Assembly: GCF_021545785.1 (NCBI RefSeq)
Contig: NZ_CP079801.1
Span: 2,826,057-2,890,056 of the forward strand
DNA length: 64,000 bases
DNA from: Halopseudomonas maritima
GTDB taxonomy: Bacteria; Pseudomonadota; Gammaproteobacteria; Pseudomonadales; Pseudomonadaceae
Direction of reading: 5' to 3'
Part shown: one piece after another, positions 38,313 to 46,799 of the stretch
Layout: each line of letters opens with the position of its first letter
Position numbering within the stretch: the stretch's first letter is position 1
Notes under the pieces: model-generated
Told to the model about the DNA's origin: nothing
The model's input: the letters and a program-made list of their open reading frames with translations, nothing else
Databases searched by the model: none
Translations under genes and position numbers: made by a program

Positions 38313-38995
38313 TGGACTTTCAGCAACTTGACCAGGTGTTGCGCGACAGCGTGGCCGATTTGCGTATGAGCAATGAGGAGCGAGTGGAGCTGCGAGAGCT
38401 GGGCAGTGGTCTCGAACCTGACCGCATCCGTTTTTTGCGCAATCGCGCCTTTGCACTGGTACGAGAGCTTGCAGCCGAGCCGGAAAACGTGATGTCGGCA
38501 CTGAAATGGCTTGAACAGGTGGTGAAGACGTTGGACACCTCGCAGGCAAACGAGGTGCAGGTGGCCAGTGCCCATTTCAGCCCGGGCGAGAGCTGCCGGC
38601 GGCGGATTCTGGACTTGTGCAACCAGGTGCGTGACAGCCTGAGTATCTGCGTCTTCACCATCTCCGATGATCGCCTCAGCCGCGCAGTGCTGGCCTGCCA
38701 TCAACGCGGGGTCAAGGTGCGAATCATCAGCGACCATGAGAAGCAGCACGACATGGGCAGCGATATCGCCATGCTGCGTGATGAAGGTATTCCGCTGCGG
38801 GTCGATCCCGGCCCCTACCACATGCACCACAAGTTCGCCCTGTTTGATGATCGAATCCTGCTCAACGGCAGTTTCAACTGGACGCGCAGCGCCAGTGATT
38901 ACAACCAGGAGAACCTGCTGGTGATCGACCATGTGCCGCTGGTCGCCGATTACGTACGTGAGTTCGAAGGCCTCTGGCAGCGTTTCGCGGTGTGA
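38309..38995 (+). CDS. Single-HKD phospholipase-D-superfamily protein (Nuc/Zucchini-like endonuclease fold)
   Basis: 228 aa; one HxK(x)4D(x)6GSxN motif (HMHHKFALFDDRILLNGSFNWTRSA, nt 38821-38895); ~90-aa helical N-terminal extension; translationally coupled to the giant ATPase. Confidence 0.8.
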   Translation: MMDFQQLDQVLRDSVADLRMSNEERVELRELGSGLEPDRIRFLRNRAFALVRELAAEPENVMSALKWLEQVVKTLDTSQANEVQVASAHFSPGESCRRRILDLCNQVRDSLSICVFTISDDRLSRAVLACHQRGVKVRIISDHEKQHDMGSDIAMLRDEGIPLRVDPGPYHMHHKFALFDDRILLNGSFNWTRSASDYNQENLLVIDHVPLVADYVREFEGLWQRFAV

Positions 38996-39059
38996 GTGGT
39001 TCTGCGTCGGTGTGGTGGATGCGTTACACTGCCGCCCGGCTTTTCAAAGGACGCTTCCC

Positions 39060-39599
39060 ATGGCATTGCAGGCAACTCCCTACAAGGTTCAGCTGAACAT
39101 TACCGATACCGATCTGGGTGTGTACGAGACGGTACGCATGACCGTTGCCCGTCATCCGTCGGAGACCGAGGAACGTCTGGCGGTGCGACTGCTGGCCTAT
39201 GCGCTGTGGTATCAGGAGCGCCTAGCTTTTGGCCGTGGGCTGTCGGATGTCGACGAGCCTGCGTTGTGGCTCAAGACCCTGGATGATCGCGTCGAGCACT
39301 GGATTGAGGTTGGCCAGCCGGATGCCGAGCGCATGACCTGGTGCTCGCGTCGCGCCCAGAAAGTGTCCGTGCTGGTGTACGGCAGTACCCGGGTCTGGCA
39401 GAACAAGCAGCTGTCAGCGGTCGCAACCCTGGGCAATCTGAATGTGGCGGCGCTTGCTGAAGAGCCGTTGCAGGCGCTCGCGACTGATCTGCCGCGCAGC
39501 ATCGATTGGGGCGTCATGATCAGCGACGGCGTGCTGTACGTGAGTGATGGCGATCAGCAGCACGAGCTGCCGCTGGAGTGGTTGCAGGGTCAGCGCTAA
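39060..39599 (+). CDS. yaeQ: YaeQ-family protein (PD-(D/E)xK-like fold)
   Basis: 179 aa from ATG 39060 (MALQATPYKVQLNITDTDLGVYETVRMTVARHPSETEERL...), the canonical YaeQ N-terminus; stop overlaps the recJ start (TAATG). Confidence 0.75.
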   Translation: MALQATPYKVQLNITDTDLGVYETVRMTVARHPSETEERLAVRLLAYALWYQERLAFGRGLSDVDEPALWLKTLDDRVEHWIEVGQPDAERMTWCSRRAQKVSVLVYGSTRVWQNKQLSAVATLGNLNVAALAEEPLQALATDLPRSIDWGVMISDGVLYVSDGDQQHELPLEWLQGQR

Positions 39600-41320
39600 T
39601 GCGTATCGAGACCCGTCCACTGCCGGATGTCATGCCTGCGCTGGGGGAGCTGCCACCGCTGCTGAGTCGGCTCTACGCTGCCCGTGGTGTGCTCAGTGAG
39701 ACGGAGCTGGATCGCCGCCTGCAGGCACTGCTGCCTTACAGCGGCCTGCGGGGCATTGAGCAGGCGGTTGCCGTGCTCGAATCAGCACTGCGCGAGCGGC
39801 GCTCGATACTGATCGTTGGCGACTTTGATGCTGACGGCGCTACCGCCAGCAGTGTCGCGGTGCTGGCGCTGCGCCAGCTGGGCGCGGCGCAGGTTGATTA
39901 TCTGGTGCCAAACCGCTTCGAGTACGGCTACGGTCTCACGCCCGAGATCGTTGAGGTTGCCCTGACACGCAGCCCCGACCTGCTGGTCACCGTGGATAAC
40001 GGTATTTCCAGCATCGATGGCGTAGCGGCAGCCAAAGCTGCAGGCCTGCAGGTTGTGGTCACCGACCATCACTTGCCGGGTGCCGAGCTGCCCCGGGCGG
40101 ACGCTATCGTCAACCCGAGCCAGCCAGGCTGCGACTTTGCGAGCAAGGCCATGGCGGGTGTCGGGGTCATCTTCTATGTGATGCTCGCGCTGCGCGCAGC
40201 GCTGCGTGAGAGCGGCTGGTTTGTCGAGACCGGCCGTGCTGAACCCAATCTGGCCGAACTGTTGGACCTGGTCGCACTGGGTACCGTGGCGGACGTGGTG
40301 CCGCTGGATGCCAATAACCGCATTATGGTGCACCAGGGGCTGGCGCGTATTCGGGCTGGCCGCTGCCGCCCCGGTATTCGTGCGCTGCTTGAGGTTGCCG
40401 GCAGACCGCGCGAGCGTCTGGTGTCAACCGATCTGGGCTTTATTGTCGGTCCGCGTCTGAATGCGGCGGGGCGCCTGGACGATATCAGCCTGGGTATCGA
40501 GTGCCTGCTGACCGAGGACGAGGGGCTGGCGCTGGACATGGCCCGTGAGCTGGATGGTCTCAACCGCGACCGTAAGGCGATCGAGCGAGACATGCAGCAG
40601 CAGGCGCTGAAAACCCTCGAAGCTATGCAGCTCGATGAACAGGATCTGCCCTTCGGGTTGTGCCTGTTTGATGCCGAGTGGCATCAGGGCGTTATCGGCA
40701 TTCTCGCCTCGCGTCTGAAAGAGCGTTTTCATCGGCCGGTGATCGCCTTTGCCGATGCGGGCGACGGGATGATCAAGGGCTCGGCACGCTCTATTGCAGG
40801 TCTGCACATCCGCGATGCGCTGGATGCGGTAGCGGCTCGTCATCCCAATTTGCTCAACAAGTTTGGTGGCCACGCCATGGCTGCCGGTATGACGTTGCGC
40901 GAGGCGGACTTCCCGGCCTTTGCCGAAGCCTTCGATGCCGAGGTGCGTCGTCAGCTGCAACCGGCGGACCTGGCCGGCCGGCTGCTGTCCGACGGCCAAC
41001 TGGAGGCTACCGAGCTGTCGCTGGAGATGGCCGCTTCATTGCGTGAAGCCGGTCCTTGGGGGCAGCATTTTCCCGAGCCGCTGTTTCATGGCGAATTTGA
41101 GGTGCTACAGCAGCGTCTGGTCGGTGAGCGGCATCTGAAGATGGTGCTGCGCGTTGCAGCCAGCGCTGAGGTGCTGGACGCCATTGCCTTCAACATTGAT
41201 CCGCACGTTTGGCCCGACCCTGCCGTGCAGCGCGTGCTGTTGGCTTACACGCTGGACATCAACGAGTTTCGCGGGCGCCGCAGCCTGCAGTTGATGGTTC
41301 GTCACCTGGAGCCTTGCTAG
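39599..41320 (+). CDS. recJ: single-stranded-DNA-specific exonuclease RecJ
   Basis: About 573 aa; DHH motifs (ILIVGDFDADGATAS; VVVTDHHLPG) and the DHHA1 region; C-terminal OB domain. Confidence 0.9.
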   Translation: MRIETRPLPDVMPALGELPPLLSRLYAARGVLSETELDRRLQALLPYSGLRGIEQAVAVLESALRERRSILIVGDFDADGATASSVAVLALRQLGAAQVDYLVPNRFEYGYGLTPEIVEVALTRSPDLLVTVDNGISSIDGVAAAKAAGLQVVVTDHHLPGAELPRADAIVNPSQPGCDFASKAMAGVGVIFYVMLALRAALRESGWFVETGRAEPNLAELLDLVALGTVADVVPLDANNRIMVHQGLARIRAGRCRPGIRALLEVAGRPRERLVSTDLGFIVGPRLNAAGRLDDISLGIECLLTEDEGLALDMARELDGLNRDRKAIERDMQQQALKTLEAMQLDEQDLPFGLCLFDAEWHQGVIGILASRLKERFHRPVIAFADAGDGMIKGSARSIAGLHIRDALDAVAARHPNLLNKFGGHAMAAGMTLREADFPAFAEAFDAEVRRQLQPADLAGRLLSDGQLEATELSLEMAASLREAGPWGQHFPEPLFHGEFEVLQQRLVGERHLKMVLRVAASAEVLDAIAFNIDPHVWPDPAVQRVLLAYTLDINEFRGRRSLQLMVRHLEPC

Positions 41321-41444
41321 GCCGCGTGCAGTTGCTGTCGCCCATTCGGGTGGCAGGGATTGACCTTGATGGCACTTTGGTTTTTGATGCATTGATACAA
41401 GAGCGTCGATTGCATCACATTTAGGCTGGCAGAGTTTGAGTAGG

Positions 41445-41795
41445 CTAGGGTCTGTTGACGTTTCGTTCGCCCGCCTGTTGTTACTCGTAAAGCCGCCAAT
41501 CAAGGAGCGAGGAGCGTAGTTTGGTTATTCCAAATAAACGACGAGCGACGTTGAATGGCGGCTTTACAGGCGCAACCTCGGCGGCCTCATCTGGAGGGCC
41601 GGGTTCATTTTTCGGCCGTACGGCGTTGTCGGTCGCTTATGTGGAGTAACCAGCAAAACGCCGGGCGCGTTTTGGCGCGCCAGCCCTGCCGGGGTGACGC
41701 GCGGGGCTGCGCTGAACACACTGCACTCCCTCTGCCTTGTCTGGCCGAAAAATGGCCTCCGGCAGGCCGGCGAACGAAACGTCAACAGACCCTAG
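41445..41795. repeat. 351-bp noncoding element bounded by 27-bp perfect inverted repeats (CTAGGGTCTGTTGACGTTTCGTTCGCC ... GGCGAACGAAACGTCAACAGACCCTAG), with nested internal inverted repeats; candidate MITE or large structured element
   Basis: Terminal inverted repeats at 41445-41471 and 41769-41795 seen directly. Internal dyads GTAAAGCCGCCA...TGGCGGCTTTAC and GGCGCG-TTTTG-GCGCGCC. Confidence 0.6.
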
Positions 41796-41796
41796 G

Positions 41797-42819
41797 TGTG
41801 ATCTTTCAGTAGGTTGTTCATTCGGGACATACCCGGCAGATTGGAGGTGCGAAACAACAAGCCCCCGGAGTCCCGAATGAACAATCACAAAAATGCCCGA
41901 TTAACTGTCCATGGTCGAGCCCTTTTGATCACTCGTATCCTTGAAGATGGTCTGCGCCCCTGCGAAGCTGCACAAGCGATGGGGGTCAGCCTGCGTACCG
42001 CTTACAAGTGGCTCGCGCGCTACAAAAACGAAGGCCACGACGGGCTGCACAATCGTTCTTCCCGACCTCGCTATTGCCCGCATGAAACGCCACCTGATCA
42101 GCAACAGCAGATCATTGAACAGCGCCGCGAGCGCCGAGTTTATAGGCATATCAGCGCCCAGGTAGGCGTGAGCGTCGCCACTATCGGCCGAGTTTTACGA
42201 CGAGCTGGCCTGAACCGGCTGAGTGCGCTTGAGCCTGCGCGGCCGACCAATCGATATGAGCACGACAACCCTGGCGACCTGTTGCACTTGGATATCAAGA
42301 AGCTGGCACGCTTCCGGCGCCCCGGTCACCGTGTCACAGGTGAGTTCAAAGGGAAGTCGCACGGCGCAGGCTGGGAGTACATCCACATAGCCATTGACGA
42401 CCATAGCCGTGTTGCGTGGGCAACGACTCATCCTGACGAGACGGCTGCCAGTGCATGGCGTGCGCTGACTAGCGCCATTCGCTACTACCGGTCACTCGGG
42501 ATACGTATTCAGCGCTTGCTGACGGACAACGGTAGCTGCTATCGCTCCGCGCTGTTTGCACGCGCTTGCCGACGACTGGGGCTCAAGCATGGCCGCACGC
42601 AGCCCTATACGCCACGAACCAACGGCAAGGCCGAGCGCTGGATACAAACGGCATTACGGGAGTGGGCTTATGCTCGTTCTTACGACGACTCTGAGCAAAG
42701 AGCAGATCATCTAAATGCATGGCTACATCAGTACAACTGGCATCGCCCACACTCAGCTATCGGTGATCTGCCACCTATCAGCAGGCTGCCGAAGATGAAC
42801 AACCTACTGGCTTTACACA
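41797..42819 (+). mobile_element. IS481-family insertion sequence (1023 bp) with 6-bp CCTAGG target-site duplication
   Basis: Imperfect terminal IRs TGTGATCTTTCAGTAGGTTGTTCAT / ATGAACAACCTACTGGCTTTACACA resemble the IS481 ends (TGTGAAGATTCAATAGGTTGT...). Direct repeats CCTAGG at 41791-41796 and 42820-42825. Insertion at a CTAG site; the transposase TAG stop is supplied by the target. Confidence 0.85.
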
Positions 42820-42824
42820 CCTAG
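41877..42824 (+). CDS. IS481-family DDE transposase (integrase core domain)
   Basis: 315 aa; N-terminal HTH (MNNHKNARLTVHGRALLITRILEDG...) and rve-type DDE catalytic core (HLDIKKL...DNGSCY...E). Confidence 0.9.
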   Translation: MNNHKNARLTVHGRALLITRILEDGLRPCEAAQAMGVSLRTAYKWLARYKNEGHDGLHNRSSRPRYCPHETPPDQQQQIIEQRRERRVYRHISAQVGVSVATIGRVLRRAGLNRLSALEPARPTNRYEHDNPGDLLHLDIKKLARFRRPGHRVTGEFKGKSHGAGWEYIHIAIDDHSRVAWATTHPDETAASAWRALTSAIRYYRSLGIRIQRLLTDNGSCYRSALFARACRRLGLKHGRTQPYTPRTNGKAERWIQTALREWAYARSYDDSEQRADHLNAWLHQYNWHRPHSAIGDLPPISRLPKMNNLLALHT

Positions 42825-42834
42825 GGGCCAGTTA

Positions 42835-45105
42835 GTGGCGGATCTGAAACAGAAGTTGCTCAATATGCAGCGCCAGCTTGGGCTCAACCCTGATGAGGTA
42901 CGCCAGCGGTTGCGCCTGTTGCTGATGGGGGACGCGGGGTTTGACTGCCTGGCCGCGCATCTGCCGGCGCTGGACCGCTTGCACGCCGACTGCATCGAAG
43001 GGTTGCTGGCGCATCTCAACAGTATTGAAGGGAGCGCCGCGCTGCTCGCCTCGTCTGGTCGCACAGAGCAGCTGCAGGGGCTGCAGAAGGGCTACTTTCA
43101 GCAGCTGCTGCGTGGCCCTTACGACATGCAGTACGTACGTTTGCGGCTGCTGGTGGGGTTAGCCCATCAGCGCCTGGGCGTGGAGCTCAAGTGGTATCTG
43201 GCGGCCTTCCATTTCTATCTGGATTTCATGCACAAGGCGATCAACCGTCACTGGCGCAGCGAGCCCAAGCTGGCCGAGCAGTTGTACGGCTGCCTGCTCA
43301 AGTCCGCCTTTTTCGACATTTCTCTGACCGCCGATACCTATATTGCTGCTGACAAGCAGGCGTTGCAGGCCAGCGAAGACCGCTATGCACGCGCGGTGCG
43401 TGGCGCCAACGACGGGCTTTGGGAGTGGCATGTCGAAGACGACCGCCTGTATCTGTCTGACCGTTGGCTAGCCATGCTTGGGCTGGATGCCGCTCGCGCT
43501 CCGCGTAGCTTGAGCGACTGGGCGGCGCTGATCCCCGAGGCGCAGCGGGGCGACTTTCTGGCAGCACTGCAGGCCCACCTGGATGGACGGCAGGCGTTTT
43601 TGCATGTCGAGTGCCAGCTGCGCGATAGCTGGGGGCGCCTGATCTGGGTGATGATTCGCGCTGTTGCTTCCACCGACCGTCAGGGAGAGCGCCTGCTCGC
43701 GGGTTCGCTCACGGATATCAGTCAGCGCAAGCAAACCGAGCAGGCGTTGGCGCATCAGGCGTTGCATGATGCGCTGACCGGCCTGCCTAACCGGCAGCAG
43801 GTTGGTGCGTTGCTCAGTCAGGCGCTGCAGCGTCAGGGTAAGCCTGGAGCCCGGCATGCTGCGGTGCTGTTTATCGATCTGGATCGTTTCAAGCTGATCA
43901 ACGAAAGCCTGGGTCATCAGACCGGCGATCAGGTGTTGATTCAGGTTGCCAAGCGCATCGAGCGTTGTCTGCGCCCCGGTGATCACCTGGGGCGCTTTGG
44001 CGGGGACGAGTTTGTCGTTTTGCTGGATGACCTGGCCCAGCCGCATGATGCCGAACTGGTCGGTCAGCGCATCATGCACGCCTTGCAGTATCCAATCGTT
44101 GCCGGATCGCGCCGGCTTGCGGTCAGCGTCAGCATTGGCGTGGCACCCATGAAAGACCACGGCGATGAACAGGACGCTTTGCGTGAGGCTGACCTGGCGC
44201 TGTACCGCGCCAAGGCCTATGGCAAGGGGCAGCTGGCGCTGTACAACGACAGTCTGCAGGAAGAGGCGACTCAGCGGCTCAATCTGGAAAATGCCCTCAG
44301 TGAAGCGCTGAGCCGTGACCAGTTCGAGCTGTACTATCAGCCCATCGTCCAGGTGTCGGCCGGCCGCACGCTGGTGGTTGGGGTAGAGGCGCTGCTGCGC
44401 TGGTGGCAGGGCGAGCGGATGGTGCCGCCGGATGAGTTTATTCCGGTGCTGGAGGAGTCTGGTGAGATCGTCGCGGTGGGCGAGTGGGTGCTGCGTCAGG
44501 CCTGCACCCAGGTTCGTCAGTGGCACTCGCAGGGTCTGGCCGGGTTGCGATGTTCGGTTAATCTCTCCAGCCGCCAGCTGCAAGAGCCGGGTTTTGCCGA
44601 CCGGGTGGCGCAGATTCTCAAGGAAACCGGCTTGCCACCCGCGAGTCTGGTGCTGGAAATAACCGAAAGCCTGCTGATGCGTGACGGGCCAGACACGCTG
44701 GCGACATTGCGCGAACTGGAAAGCATGGGTGTACGCATTGCGCTGGATGATTTTGGCACCGGCTTCTCCTCGCTGGGTTACCTGCATCGCTATCCGCTGC
44801 ACATCATCAAGGTCGACAAGAGCTTTATCACCAAGGCTCCCAACGACGAGCGGCTCAAAGCCATCAGTCGAGCCATCATCGGGCTGGGCAAGGGGCTGGA
44901 CATGGACGTGATTGCCGAAGGTATCGAAACGCCCGAGCAGATGGATTTTCTGCATAACGAGGGCTGCCAGTTCGTGCAGGGCTACTGGTTCAGCCGGCCG
45001 CAGTCGGCGGCTGTCATCCACCCTGTGCTGCAGCGGTTGTCGGTGATTGACTCACCGGAGACCTCGCTGCTGGAGCTGAGTCCGGCAACTGCTATAGTGC
45101 AGTGA
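42835..45105 (+). CDS. Globin-coupled sensor - PAS - GGDEF - EAL multidomain c-di-GMP turnover protein
   Basis: 756 aa; N-terminal sensor-globin fold with proximal-His motif (LAHQRLGVELKWYLAAF); PAS; GGDEF (RFGGDEFVVLL) with RxxD; EAL (EALLRW ... DDFGTGFSSL ... EGIE). Start (GTG 42835, or ATG 42865) lies 10 bp after the IS481 target duplication. Confidence 0.85.
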   Translation: MADLKQKLLNMQRQLGLNPDEVRQRLRLLLMGDAGFDCLAAHLPALDRLHADCIEGLLAHLNSIEGSAALLASSGRTEQLQGLQKGYFQQLLRGPYDMQYVRLRLLVGLAHQRLGVELKWYLAAFHFYLDFMHKAINRHWRSEPKLAEQLYGCLLKSAFFDISLTADTYIAADKQALQASEDRYARAVRGANDGLWEWHVEDDRLYLSDRWLAMLGLDAARAPRSLSDWAALIPEAQRGDFLAALQAHLDGRQAFLHVECQLRDSWGRLIWVMIRAVASTDRQGERLLAGSLTDISQRKQTEQALAHQALHDALTGLPNRQQVGALLSQALQRQGKPGARHAAVLFIDLDRFKLINESLGHQTGDQVLIQVAKRIERCLRPGDHLGRFGGDEFVVLLDDLAQPHDAELVGQRIMHALQYPIVAGSRRLAVSVSIGVAPMKDHGDEQDALREADLALYRAKAYGKGQLALYNDSLQEEATQRLNLENALSEALSRDQFELYYQPIVQVSAGRTLVVGVEALLRWWQGERMVPPDEFIPVLEESGEIVAVGEWVLRQACTQVRQWHSQGLAGLRCSVNLSSRQLQEPGFADRVAQILKETGLPPASLVLEITESLLMRDGPDTLATLRELESMGVRIALDDFGTGFSSLGYLHRYPLHIIKVDKSFITKAPNDERLKAISRAIIGLGKGLDMDVIAEGIETPEQMDFLHNEGCQFVQGYWFSRPQSAAVIHPVLQRLSVIDSPETSLLELSPATAIVQ

Positions 45106-45121
45106 CATTGGCGGACGGGGC

Positions 45122-45547
45122 TTGGTGCTCATGCGAAACGGGTTTCTGGCGTTTGTGGCAGGCTTTTTGGCGGTTTTCTGTTTTCATCAGCCGGCGCTGG
45201 CATTGCTGCACGGACTCGGTGTTGTACCGTTTCCGGCCTTTGCCCTGACTGCCACTGACCCGCTGCGCGTCCCGGCCGTTGTTTCGTCCGCCTTCTGGGG
45301 TGGCGTATGGGGTCTGGTGCTGGTGGTTGCGCTGTCGCGTATGGAGAAGCAATGGCTCTGGCTCAAGGCGGCTTTGTTCGGCGGTGTGGCGCTGACCCTG
45401 GTGGCCTTGTTGGTGGTGTTTCCGCTCAAGGGCTACGGGCTGGACTGGCAACAGTTTGCGCCGCGTTTTGCCATTGGATTTGTCCTCAATGCGCTCTGGG
45501 GCTTAGGTACGCTGGTTTTTCTGCGCGCCTTTGCTGCCCGCGCCTGA
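45122..45547 (+). CDS. Hypothetical 4-TM membrane protein
   Basis: 141 aa, four hydrophobic helices, no recognisable motif. Confidence 0.4.
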   Translation: MVLMRNGFLAFVAGFLAVFCFHQPALALLHGLGVVPFPAFALTATDPLRVPAVVSSAFWGGVWGLVLVVALSRMEKQWLWLKAALFGGVALTLVALLVVFPLKGYGLDWQQFAPRFAIGFVLNALWGLGTLVFLRAFAARA

Positions 45548-45622
45548 GCGTACCGAGCGGCTCTGCACTCCCCGTGTGATTTCCGCTACAATGGCGGCTT
45601 TTGCCTGCCGGGGTCCGTCACC

Positions 45623-46718
45623 ATGGAAATCAATCCGATTCTGAACACCATCAAAGATCTGCGCAGCCGCTCTGAAACCATCAGGGGGTATCTTTGACTA
45701 CGATCACAAGCGTGATCGTCTGACCGAAGTAGAGCGTGAGCTGGAAGACCCGAGCGTCTGGAATGAACCCGAACGCGCCCAGAATCTGGGGCGTGAACGC
45801 TCCCAGCTGGCCGAAATCGTCGGTACCCTCGATGAAATGAGTGGTGGCCTGGCTGACGCCGGCGAGTTGCTCGAGATGGCTGCCGAAGAGGGTGATCAGG
45901 GCGCCGTTGACGATGTGGTAACCGAGCTGAAGCGTCTGCAGGAGGCGCTGGAGAAGCTGGAGTTCCGCCGCATGTTCAGCGGCGAGATGGACGCCAACAA
46001 CTGCTATCTGGATATTCAGGCCGGTTCTGGCGGCACCGAAGCGCAGGATTGGGCCAACATTCTGCTGCGCATGTACCTGCGCTGGGCGGACCAGCACGGC
46101 TTTGATGCGGAGATTGTCGAACTGTCCGAAGGGGAAGTGGCCGGTATCAAGAGTGCGACCGTGCACATCCGCGGCGAATACGCCTTTGGTTGGCTGCGTA
46201 CCGAAATTGGCGTGCACCGTCTGGTGCGCAAGAGCCCGTTTGACTCCGGCAACCGTCGTCACACCTCGTTCTCGGCGGTGTTTGCCTCGCCTGAGATCGA
46301 CGACGATATCGAAATCGATATCAACCCGGCAGATCTGCGCATCGACACCTATCGTTCATCGGGTGCCGGTGGTCAGCACGTTAACACCACTGACTCGGCG
46401 GTGCGGATTACCCACATTCCGACCAACACTGTGGTCAGTTGCCAAAACCAGCGCTCGCAGCACGCCAACAAGGACCACGCCATGAAGATGTTGCGTGCCA
46501 AGTTGTACGAGCTGGAAATGATGAAGCGCACCGAGGCCGCCCAGGCGCTGGAAGACACCAAGTCCGATATCGGCTGGGGGCACCAGATTCGTTCCTACGT
46601 GCTCGACCAGTCGCGCATCAAGGATTTGCGCACCGGCATTGAGAACAGCAACTGCAACGCGGTGCTGGACGGCGACCTCGACGAGTTTATCGAAGCCAGC
46701 CTGAAGATGGGCCTGTAA
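45623..46718 (+). CDS. prfB: Peptide chain release factor 2 with programmed +1 ribosomal frameshift
   Basis: Frame 0 [24 protein letters not shown] then in-frame TGA at 45695-97. Classic site AGGGGG-TAT-CTT-TGA-C. The +1 frame from 45696 gives [16 protein letters not shown]... through SPF and GGQ motifs to 46718. The ORF track shows only the 3' part (45837-46718). Confidence 0.9.
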
Positions 46719-46799
46719 GCCAGCCGCCGCACGATAATGTGTCATGGCCCGCGCGCCGCGGGCCCACAACAGAACAGTATTTTTCCGGGATTCACCGAC

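Noticed and set aside
33087-38995. Calling the giant ATPase + PLD pair a horizontally acquired phage-defence island
   Set aside because: No integrase or tRNA, GC content and codon style like the surrounding core, and tight coupling to flotillin/PspA genes that (from memory) are syntenic across pseudomonads. A defence role is kept as a hypothesis but an 'island' origin is not supported
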